Shown: positions 9,942 through 16,531 of the stretch, piece by piece
How the letters are laid out: every line of letters begins with the position of its first letter
Position numbering within the stretch: the stretch's first letter is position 1
NCBI GenBank assembly: GCA_964566175.1
Contig: CAZMHU010000012.1
Coordinates: 13,212-45,211, forward strand
Length of the DNA: 32,000 bases
Source of the DNA: an uncultured Eubacteriales bacterium
Lineage (GTDB): Bacteria > Bacillota > Clostridia > Oscillospirales > Acutalibacteraceae
Direction of reading: 5' to 3'
The notes under the pieces: model-generated
What the model was told of the DNA's origin: nothing
Seen by the model: the letters and a program-made list of their open reading frames with translations, nothing else
The model's database searches: none
Made by a program: the position numbers and the translations under genes

Positions 9942-9993
9942 AAAAAAACCGCAAACCCTTATGCGCCTTTAGAATAGGCACAAACGGTTGCGG
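9942..9993 (-). terminator. intrinsic terminator inside the operon leader (attenuator terminator)
   Basis: Minus strand reads CCGCAACCGTTTGTGCC-TATTCTAAA-GGCGCATAAGGGTTTGCGG followed by T7. It is a long GC-rich hairpin with one bulge and one G-U pair. It ends ~25 nt before ATG 9916, so it is upstream of the genes, not downstream. Confidence 0.8.
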
Positions 9994-10025
9994 ACTGTCC
10001 GTATATTCTCACCGAAAAGCGTTTT

Positions 10026-10097
10026 CTATCTTTCTTCGGCAGGAGTAGTCGGGCAGTCCTTTTTAAAGTAATAAAAGTAATAATAATTAAAGAACAT
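10026..10097 (-). CDS. leader peptide MFFNYYYFYYFKKDCPTTPAEER (23 codons, Phe/Tyr regulatory codons)
   Basis: ATG at 10097-10095 and TAG at 10028-10026, with RBS GAGAGGAG 8 nt upstream. Nine of codons 2-11 are Phe (4) or Tyr (5). It lies between the promoter and the attenuator terminator. It is too short for the ORF track. Confidence 0.75.
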   Translation of the reverse strand: MFFNYYYFYYFKKDCPTTPAEER

Positions 10098-10131
10098 ACT
10101 GTCCGCTCCTCTCAAATAAACTAACAAAAAA

Positions 10132-10160
10132 ATAATATAACTTTTTTTGCCGCTTGTCAA
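10132..10160 (-). promoter_or_regulatory. sigma-A-type promoter of the aromatic operon
   Basis: Minus strand: TTGACA (10160-10155), 17-nt spacer, TATTAT (10137-10132). Confidence 0.65.
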
Positions 10161-10203
10161 GGGTTTTTAACACTTTTATTCTTTAAAGTGCAAAAGAAAA
10201 TGC

Positions 10204-10239
10204 AAAAAGTCCACAAAAATCGAATTTTACGGACTTTTT
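10204..10239. other. isolated 9-bp hairpin with T/A runs (orphan or insulating terminator)
   Basis: AAAAAGTCC (10204-10212) pairs with GGACTTTTT (10231-10239) across an 18-nt loop. It reads as a weak terminator on either strand and lies at the edge of the accessory islet, just upstream of the aro promoter. Confidence 0.35.
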
Positions 10240-10271
10240 ATTGCCGACTTTTAAGCCAAAATCGATTTTAG

Positions 10272-10418
10272 GATATATCGATAATTAAATGCACACTTTT
10301 CGTTTGTGTGGATTTTCGCGGAAACATAATCGTTGAAAAGTATGTGGAAATGAATATCGCCCACCCCTTTCGTGAGGGCAACGGGCGTAGCACTCGCATT
10401 TGGCTTGACCAATGGTAA
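10272..10418 (+). pseudogene. Fic/DOC (Fido) domain remnant
   Basis: In-frame translation gives ...[34 protein letters not shown]. This contains the Fic active-site motif HPFxxGNGRxxR at 10362-10397. The ORF is bounded by a stop at 10269-10271 and TAA at 10416-10418, leaving only ~48 codons where a full Fic domain needs ~150 or more. Confidence 0.7.
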
Positions 10419-10435
10419 AATATAGAAAATGAATT

Positions 10436-11827
10436 TTGCGATTTTATATTCAAGGAATATGTGCCGTGGTTGGATATATTTCAACGGTGAAAGAATTTTT
10501 AAAAACCGATAGCAGTGATATTATCAGGTATTTGACAGAAATATATCATGCGGCGGAAAGAAACCAAATCGTTTCGTGGGAAATACTGCTTAACAATATA
10601 AAATCTTCTGCCGCCGTTTCCGAACTGCCGCAGGACACAGTCATTTCGGTCGAGTATTCTCTGCCAACTGACGAAATGGCAATAGACTTGATTATTGCGG
10701 GAACGACCGCCCTCGGAGAGAGATTTGCCTATATTATCGAATCAAAACAGTGGGATACACAGTATATTACTTCAGCCGATTTTTCCGCCCATAGAGAACT
10801 CGGCAGAGAACTTCATCCGCAAATACAGATAAGCCGTCATAAATTGAGTTTTAAGGATTATCTCGACATCGGTGAAGAGTATACCGTTTTTCCGTTTGTG
10901 TATATAAGAAATTCAACTTTTAATTCTGCACAGTCGATTATCGAAAAGAACCATTGGTCTTCAACACGGGATATTCCTGTTGTGACAAATATCGATGATA
11001 TCGTTTCCGTTGCCGCAAAAAATATTGTGTCGGGCGGTGACGGTATTGTCAATGACTTTTCGTGTGCCCAATACTGCCCTTCAAAAGGTGTTATTGATGC
11101 GATGAACGCCATCGTAACAAAAGAAGAAACCTTTGTTTTGACCGATGAGCAAAAACGTGTGCTCGGTGAAATCAAAAAGGGCATTGCGGACGGCAAAAAA
11201 ATAATTTGCATTGTCGGTGCCGCGGGTTCGGGAAAAAACGCAATACTTTTGAATCTGTATGTGCAATATTTGAACGAAAAATCGGCAACCGAATTTCACC
11301 CGATATTTATAAGCGGAGCGCAAAACACCGCGTACTATAGAAGTACATTTCCCGAAGTGCAAAACTCGTTTTCGTATTCCTTTGCTTTAGATAAAACCGT
11401 TTCGAAAACCAACGGTAACAAGTATGTGTTGTTAATGGACGAAGCACAGCATAACCGCGAAGGTATAATAACAGATATGGTTGCGCGGGGCACTACGTTG
11501 ATACTCGGTTATGACGTATCTCAAATAATAAATGCCGATAATTCGATATCGGAATTGAAACGCCTTGAAGAGCGGGACGATTTTGCTACCGTTGAATTAA
11601 AAGAGAGCGTTCGTTTCAGCGGGTCGCAAATCGCCGAGAAAAACATTAAAACCTTTCTGCGCGGCGGAAAATTTTTTGAAAAGGACGAACTGTACGATTT
11701 TCAGGTATTTTCGGATTTTGAGTCTTTCCAAAACAAGGTGAAAGAAACCGTTTTATCACATCAGAACGAAACGGTTGCCGTTATGGGTCTGCTTTCGTTG
11801 GGAATAAAAGAATCGGGAAAACTTTGA
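10436..11827 (+). CDS. DUF2075-like PD-(D/E)xK nuclease / P-loop NTPase, apparently C-terminally truncated
   Basis: Nuclease-like core: EYSLPTDEMAIDLIIAG...YIIESKQW (D at 10685-10687, ExK at 10739-10747). Walker A: GAAGSGKN (11216-11239). Walker B: LLMDEAQ. These are followed by LKESVRFSGSQ and YDFQVFSDFESF strings recalled from the DUF2075 / Schlafen-group-3-like helicase family. The likely true start is GTG 10466 (RBS AAGGAA 8 nt upstream). The ORF ends at 463 aa inside the convergent methyltransferase gene. Confidence 0.6.
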   Translation: MRFYIQGICAVVGYISTVKEFLKTDSSDIIRYLTEIYHAAERNQIVSWEILLNNIKSSAAVSELPQDTVISVEYSLPTDEMAIDLIIAGTTALGERFAYIIESKQWDTQYITSADFSAHRELGRELHPQIQISRHKLSFKDYLDIGEEYTVFPFVYIRNSTFNSAQSIIEKNHWSSTRDIPVVTNIDDIVSVAAKNIVSGGDGIVNDFSCAQYCPSKGVIDAMNAIVTKEETFVLTDEQKRVLGEIKKGIADGKKIICIVGAAGSGKNAILLNLYVQYLNEKSATEFHPIFISGAQNTAYYRSTFPEVQNSFSYSFALDKTVSKTNGNKYVLLMDEAQHNREGIITDMVARGTTLILGYDVSQIINADNSISELKRLEERDDFATVELKESVRFSGSQIAEKNIKTFLRGGKFFEKDELYDFQVFSDFESFQNKVKETVLSHQNETVAVMGLLSLGIKESGKL

Positions 11828-12879
11828 AGTCTGGCGGCTTCGCGCGGGGTGAGCCTTCGCTTGTATTTTCCTATTATGGGAATTTGAACCATAGCGACAA
11901 GTGCGGGAAATGAATCGGGTCGCTTTACGCGTATTCCCGACGGTCTGAATTGGATAAAGCCTTCCCAAATGCTCGATATCGATGTTCCCGCTTGCCATTC
12001 GAATTTTCTGTGGGTTGGGACAAAATCTGACAAACCGTTCCATTTTTTCAACCACATATCGATAAAGTCTTTGTTGTTGGCGTATAACGCTCGGTTCTTT
12101 TGGCAGAAATCGACCTTCCCTTTTGGAAGTTCCGAAGTGTCATATGTCTCTTTAAATTCAAAAGACCAAATCGGAAAGCCGATAACTTTTTCTTTAATAC
12201 CGTGATAAAATTCGTCCCAACAGTTAAGAACTTTTTCTTCATATTCCGAAATATTATATTTCGGGTCGGGATTTTCTTCGATAATTCCCGCTTTGTAGAT
12301 GTCGGTTTTACACTTTGCCCTGCACGGAATATCAAAATTCAGATGGTTTACGCCTAACGAGTGGTGAATGCTGAGGATATATATTCTTTCTCTCAACTGC
12401 GGAATACCGAGTTGGTGAGGACTTATAATTATAGGCGAGTCGGATAGGACATATCCCAAATCGGTCAAACTTCTTTTGATAACCCGCCAAGTGTTGCCCT
12501 TGTCGTGTGATACCAAATTTCGTACATTTTCCAAAACAATAAATTTGGGTTGCTTTTCTTTCAGTATTCTGACAATTTGAAAAAACAGAGTTCCATTTGT
12601 TTCGTCGGCAAAACCTTCCTGTCGTCCGGCTTTGGAAAATGCTTGACATAGGAAGCCGCCGCAAAGGACATCGTGGTTCGGAATTTGACTGTTTTCAATT
12701 TTTGTAACGTCGAGCGCGGCGTCAATTCCGTAATTTTTCATATACGATTCGATTGCAAATGGGTCTATTTCCGAAGTGAGAACACATCTGCCGCCCAAAT
12801 CGCTCATCGCCTGATGGAAACCGCCAATCCCCGCGAACAAATCGATACAGGCAAACCCGCTATCATCAAAGTAATTCAT
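11761..12879 (-). CDS. DNA (cytosine-5)-methyltransferase, atypical and possibly inactive
   Basis: Motifs present: I DLFAGIGG, IV GGFLCQAFS (Leu where Pro is expected), VI LENV, VIII QLGIPQLRERIYI, IX RRLTPREAARLQSFPDSF. Motif X (GNxV) is absent in frame. A KQTHNGNRFV string exists in a neighbouring frame ending at 11756. Confidence 0.8.
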   Translation of the reverse strand: MNYFDDSGFACIDLFAGIGGFHQAMSDLGGRCVLTSEIDPFAIESYMKNYGIDAALDVTKIENSQIPNHDVLCGGFLCQAFSKAGRQEGFADETNGTLFFQIVRILKEKQPKFIVLENVRNLVSHDKGNTWRVIKRSLTDLGYVLSDSPIIISPHQLGIPQLRERIYILSIHHSLGVNHLNFDIPCRAKCKTDIYKAGIIEENPDPKYNISEYEEKVLNCWDEFYHGIKEKVIGFPIWSFEFKETYDTSELPKGKVDFCQKNRALYANNKDFIDMWLKKWNGLSDFVPTHRKFEWQAGTSISSIWEGFIQFRPSGIRVKRPDSFPALVAMVQIPIIGKYKRRLTPREAARLQSFPDSFIPNESRPITATVSF

Positions 12880-13023
12880 ATTTTAATCGTACCTTACCTA
12901 TTTACAGTTTTTTCAATCAATGACAGATGTTTCGCAATTTAATTTATAGAGTATTTATGAGATTTAATCAACCGATTTTGCAAAAAAACAAAATAACTTG
13001 CGGATTTGTTTTATGATATAAAA

Positions 13024-13054
13024 ACAGGAACCACACCAACGGTATGATTCCTGT
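13024..13054. terminator. hairpin terminator immediately downstream of tRNA-Ser
   Basis: ACAGGAA (13024-13030) pairs with TTCCTGT (13048-13054), with T-runs on both strands. It starts 5 nt after the tRNA 3' end on the minus strand. Confidence 0.55.
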
Positions 13055-13058
13055 TTTT

Positions 13059-13147
13059 TGGCGGAGACGGAGGGATTCGAACCCTCGTCCCTCAAGGGGC
13101 ATCATGATTTCGAGTCATGTCCGTTATGACCACTTCGATACGTCTCC
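13059..13147 (-). tRNA. tRNA-Ser (anticodon CGA)
   Basis: Folded by hand, 89 nt. Acceptor GGAGACG/CGTCTCC; 3-bp D stem; anticodon stem CATGA/TCATG with loop CTCGAAA; long variable arm (class II); T arm GAGGG-TTCGAAT-CCCTC; encoded CCA. Confidence 0.9.
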
Positions 13148-13268
13148 ATATATGTTAAACTCCCGAAAGAGTAATAACGCAATATTTAATTTTTTTATCA
13201 AACAGGGCGATCCGTTATGTCCTGTTGCGGTGCGGGATTTTGCGTTACAAACGAACGTGTGCTAAACT

Positions 13269-13297
13269 ATTATAAATTCTCAGTCGTAACTTGTCAA
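13269..13297 (-). promoter_or_regulatory. consensus sigma-A promoter directed toward tRNA-Ser
   Basis: Minus strand: TTGACA (13297-13292), 17-nt spacer, TATAAT (13274-13269). It lies ~115 nt upstream of the mature tRNA 5' end. Confidence 0.6.
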
Positions 13298-13307
13298 GAA
13301 AAATTTG

Positions 13308-13336
13308 TTGCCAAGTGGAGATATGTGTTATATAAT
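13308..13336 (+). promoter_or_regulatory. promoter of comM/yifB
   Basis: TTGCCA (13308-13313), 17-nt spacer, TATAAT (13331-13336). Divergent from, and back-to-back with, the tRNA-Ser promoter. Confidence 0.6.
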
Positions 13337-13347
13337 CTTAATATATT

Positions 13348-14892
13348 GTGGAGGTGAGAGGTGTGTTCACACGTATTAACAGTTTCGGCCTTTTCGGAAT
13401 TGATGCTTATCGGGTCACGGTCGAGGCGGATATTTCAACCGGACTGCCGGGTTTTGATATTGTCGGTCTTGCCGATACTGCCGTAAAGGAGTCGCGCGAC
13501 CGCGTTCGCTCCGCCGTTAAAAACTGCGGTTTTAAATTTCCTGTGAGCCGTATTACGGTCAATCTCGCACCTGCGGACAAGCGAAAAGAGGGCACGCTTT
13601 ATGATTTGCCTATTCTCGTTGCATTACTTGCCGCATCTGGTCAACTTAAAGCAGCGCTTGACGGCTCTGCCTTTTTGGGCGAGGTTTCGCTCGACGGTTA
13701 TGTCCGTCCGGTAAACGGACTGCTTGCTATGGCGACCGAGGCGGCTCGGTGCGGTATACGTCGGCTTTTCGTTCCCAAAGATAACGCGGGCGAGGGCGCT
13801 GTTGTTGATGGTGTTGAGATATACGGCGTTGAAACGGTTGCACAACTTTACAAACACCTAATAGGCGAGCAAAAAATTTCGCCCACTGAATATATTGATA
13901 ATAAACTTGTAAAACTCGGTTCGGCACTTGATTTTTGTGACGTAAAGGGACAGACGGTTGCCAAAAAGGCGCTTGAGGTCGCCGCGGCGGGCGGTCATAA
14001 TGTTTTACTCATAGGACCGCCGGGGTCAGGCAAGAGTATGCTTGCGAAACGTATGCCCACCATTTTGCCCGAAATGACATATACCGAGTCGATAGACACC
14101 ACAAAAATACATTCGGTTGCGGGAATACTTTCTCCCGACACTCCGCTCATAAAAACAAGACCATTTCGTTCTCCCCACCATACGATATCTGCCGCAGGTA
14201 TGACGGGTGGCGGTGCCGTGCCGCATCCGGGTGAAATTTCGCTCGCACATAACGGAGTGCTGTTTTTGGACGAACTGCCCGAGTTTCATCGCGATGTTAT
14301 GGAGGCTCTGCGCCAACCGATTGAGGATAACCGGGTTACGATAGCACGTGCCGCGGGAACGCTCACATATCCTTGTGCCATAACTCTCATTGCGGCGATG
14401 AACCCCTGTCCGTGCGGATATTTCGGTCATCCGGTGAAACAGTGCACCTGTACTCAGCAACAGGTTTCGCGTTATCTTTCCAAAATTTCCGGTCCTATGC
14501 TTGACCGCCTTGATATACACGTTGAAGTGCCGCCGATTGACTATGCTTCTCTGAAATCGACGGGGCGTGAGGAAACTTCCGAACAAATTCGCAAACGTGT
14601 TGACCGTGCGCGAAAAATACAGACCGAGCGTTACCGTGAGAGCGGTATAACCTGTAATGCGCGGCTTTTGCCCGCAATGCTTGATAAATACTGCACGCTT
14701 TCTTCATCCGCCGAAAAGACCTTGAGTCTTGCCTTTGACCGAATGGGACTTTCGGGCAGAGCATATGACCGTATTCTCAAGGTTGCCCGCACCGTTGCCG
14801 ATCTTGACGGAGAAGAAAAAATCGGCAACGACCATATTTTGCAGGCAATACAATTCCGCAGTCTTGACAGAAAGTATTGGGGAAACAGGTAA
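13348..14892 (+). CDS. comM: YifB/ComM family Mg-chelatase-like AAA+ ATPase
   Basis: 514 aa. The N-terminus is Lon-protease-like (GLPGFDIVGLADTAVKESRDRV). The AAA+ core has LLIGPPGSGKSMLA and VLFLDELPEF, followed by a C-terminal Mg-chelatase subunit ChlI-like region. The likely true start is GTG 13363 (RBS GGAGGTG 7 nt upstream). Confidence 0.9.
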   Translation: MEVRGVFTRINSFGLFGIDAYRVTVEADISTGLPGFDIVGLADTAVKESRDRVRSAVKNCGFKFPVSRITVNLAPADKRKEGTLYDLPILVALLAASGQLKAALDGSAFLGEVSLDGYVRPVNGLLAMATEAARCGIRRLFVPKDNAGEGAVVDGVEIYGVETVAQLYKHLIGEQKISPTEYIDNKLVKLGSALDFCDVKGQTVAKKALEVAAAGGHNVLLIGPPGSGKSMLAKRMPTILPEMTYTESIDTTKIHSVAGILSPDTPLIKTRPFRSPHHTISAAGMTGGGAVPHPGEISLAHNGVLFLDELPEFHRDVMEALRQPIEDNRVTIARAAGTLTYPCAITLIAAMNPCPCGYFGHPVKQCTCTQQQVSRYLSKISGPMLDRLDIHVEVPPIDYASLKSTGREETSEQIRKRVDRARKIQTERYRESGITCNARLLPAMLDKYCTLSSSAEKTLSLAFDRMGLSGRAYDRILKVARTVADLDGEEKIGNDHILQAIQFRSLDRKYWGNR

Positions 14893-14898
14893 AATATC

Positions 14899-15471
14899 TT
14901 GACAGAAGGGACGAAAGATAGTAAAATGAATAATATCAGTCGCGTATACAGCGGTCGTCCGACCGATTGTGACGGACGTCTTGAAAAAGAGATTGCGGTT
15001 TACGATTTTTTGGATAACCTCGGTATTGAGTATGAGCGTGTCGACCACGACCCCGCCGATACTATTGAGGATTGTCTTGAAATTGAAAAGGTTATCGGCG
15101 TCGGAATTTGTAAAAACCTTTTTGTCTGCAATCGCACAAAAACCGAGTATTATGTTATCATGATGTCGGGGTGCAAGGTTTTTAAAACCGCCGATGTTTC
15201 AAAAAAAATCGGCACGTCGCGGCTTTCGTTTGCGAGTGCGGAGGATATGGAAAAAATTCTCGGTGTCACTCCCGGCTCGGTTACCGTAATGGCACTGAAA
15301 AACGATACGGCTTGCCGTGTTAAACTTGTTATAGATCGTGATATCATAAACGGCGAGTTTGTCCGTTGCCATCCTTGTATCAACACATCGACCTTGAAGA
15401 TAAGAACCGAAGATTTGCTTAAAACCTTTCTTATTAAGGTCAGACATACGCCGATGATAATCGACATATAA
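14899..15471 (+). CDS. YbaK/ProX-type aminoacyl-tRNA editing domain protein (prolyl-tRNA synthetase-associated domain)
   Basis: Motifs GRPTDCDGRLEKEIAVYDFLDNLGIEYERVDH, CKNLFVCNR, RLSFASAEDMEKILGVTPGSVT. Start uncertain: TTG 14899 from the ORF track or ATG 14926 (MNNISRVYSGRP...). Confidence 0.7.
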   Translation: MTEGTKDSKMNNISRVYSGRPTDCDGRLEKEIAVYDFLDNLGIEYERVDHDPADTIEDCLEIEKVIGVGICKNLFVCNRTKTEYYVIMMSGCKVFKTADVSKKIGTSRLSFASAEDMEKILGVTPGSVTVMALKNDTACRVKLVIDRDIINGEFVRCHPCINTSTLKIRTEDLLKTFLIKVRHTPMIIDI

Positions 15472-15495
15472 AAAACAGCACTACGTGCTGTATAC

Positions 15496-15571
15496 GGGGG
15501 CGTAGCTCATCTGGTAGAGCGCTACATTCGCATTGTAGAGGTAGTGGGTTCGAGTCCCATCGTCTCCACCA
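15496..15571 (+). tRNA. tRNA-Ala (anticodon CGC)
   Basis: Folded by hand, 76 nt. Acceptor GGGGGCG/CGTCTCC including the G3-U70 alanine identity pair; D arm GCTC-ATCTGGTA-GAGC; anticodon stem CTACA/TGTAG with loop TTCGCAT; T loop TTCGAGT; encoded CCA. Confidence 0.9.
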
Positions 15572-15575
15572 AAAA

Positions 15576-15608
15576 AATTCTCGGGAGCAAAGCGACCGAG
15601 AATTTTTG
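15576..15608 (+). terminator. intrinsic terminator after tRNA-Ala
   Basis: AATTCTCGG (15576-15584) pairs with CCGAGAATT (15596-15604), followed by a T-run. Confidence 0.75.
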
Positions 15609-15656
15609 CTTATTATCCATTAACTCTTCGCTATTTTCAAAACGGACGGTGATAGT

Positions 15657-16478
15657 ATGTTGCAATCCAAAACGCTTAATGTTCATAACGAAAACGGCCT
15701 TGTTTATATTACCTTTCCGTTGTTTGACAAATACGGCGTTAAGCACGCCTTTACAACGCGTATTGGCGGTGTGAGTAAGGGAATTTACTCTTCTTTTAAT
15801 ACCGGCTTTTCAAACGGCGATAAGTATGAAAACGTTTATGAAAATTTCCGCCGTGTTTGCAGTGCGATAGGCATTGACGAGCGACGTTTGGTTTTCGGAA
15901 AACAGACCCACACAAATAATGTCCGCACCGTTTCGGAAGACGATATCGGCAAGGGTATTGTAAAACCTCAGGACTATGATGACGTTGACGGTCTTATAAC
16001 CGATATTGAAAACGTCGGTCTTGTCACGCAGTATGCCGATTGTGTTCCCCTGATGTTTTTTGACACGAAAAAGCGTGTTATCGCAACATCGCACGCGGGT
16101 TGGCGCGGTACTTGTGCCGAAATAGGAAAAATTACAGTTGAGCGAATGGTGAACGATTTCGGCTGTAATACCGAGGATATTATTGCCGCAATCGGACCGT
16201 GTATCGGAAAATGTTGTTATGAGGTCGATGACCCTGTGAGAGACGCTTTTGTTGTTCTACCGTATATGGACGAGAACAAAATACTAACAAAAAAAGAAAA
16301 CGGACGATATATGCTTGACCTCAAAGAGGCAAACCGCATTATTCTCAACAACGTCGGAATAAAGGACGAAAATATCGACATTGCCGATTTATGTACTTGT
16401 TGCAATCACACATATCTTCATTCACACCGCTATACTGCGGGAAATCGAGGAAATCTCGGGATTATAATATCACTTTAA
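15657..16478 (+). CDS. pgeF: peptidoglycan editing factor PgeF / YfiH (Cu-oxidase_4, DUF152) family
   Basis: 273 aa with HAFTTRIGGVS, QTHTNNV, YADCVPL and TSHAGWRGT motifs. Confidence 0.85.
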   Translation: MLQSKTLNVHNENGLVYITFPLFDKYGVKHAFTTRIGGVSKGIYSSFNTGFSNGDKYENVYENFRRVCSAIGIDERRLVFGKQTHTNNVRTVSEDDIGKGIVKPQDYDDVDGLITDIENVGLVTQYADCVPLMFFDTKKRVIATSHAGWRGTCAEIGKITVERMVNDFGCNTEDIIAAIGPCIGKCCYEVDDPVRDAFVVLPYMDENKILTKKENGRYMLDLKEANRIILNNVGIKDENIDIADLCTCCNHTYLHSHRYTAGNRGNLGIIISL

Positions 16479-16484
16479 AAAACA

Positions 16485-16531
16485 AGAGCGAACACTTATG
16501 ACATCTCATCATAGGCGTTCGCTCTGTTTTT
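16485..16531. terminator. bidirectional terminator between convergent pgeF and the lipoprotein gene
   Basis: AGAGCGAAC (16485-16493) pairs with GTTCGCTCT (16517-16525) across a 23-nt loop, with T-runs on both strands. Confidence 0.55.

Noticed and set aside
9917-10130. T-box riboswitch as the regulator of the aromatic operon. This is the expected mechanism in Firmicutes.
   Set aside because: Reading the minus-strand leader, I could not find the conserved T-box sequence (AAnnnGGGTGGTACCGCG-like), a specifier-loop/GA-motif arrangement or an AG bulge. The region is instead occupied by a well-formed mini-ORF with an RBS. A covariance-model scan would be needed to exclude a T-box formally.
10251-10484. 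ORFs 10251-10484 (-) and 10268-10453 (-) in the islet.
   Set aside because: They are antisense to the Fic active-site remnant, have no RBS and no recognisable motif. The plus-strand [12 protein letters not shown] reading explains the open frames better.
14899-14927. Near-consensus promoter-like string TTGACA-17-TAAAAT at the start of the YbaK/ProX-like gene.
   Set aside because: Its -10 overlaps the most plausible start codon (ATG 14926), so transcription from it would start inside the coding region. The conserved N-terminal GRP...RLEKE segment would then be lost. It is probably fortuitous, and the gene is likely co-transcribed with comM.
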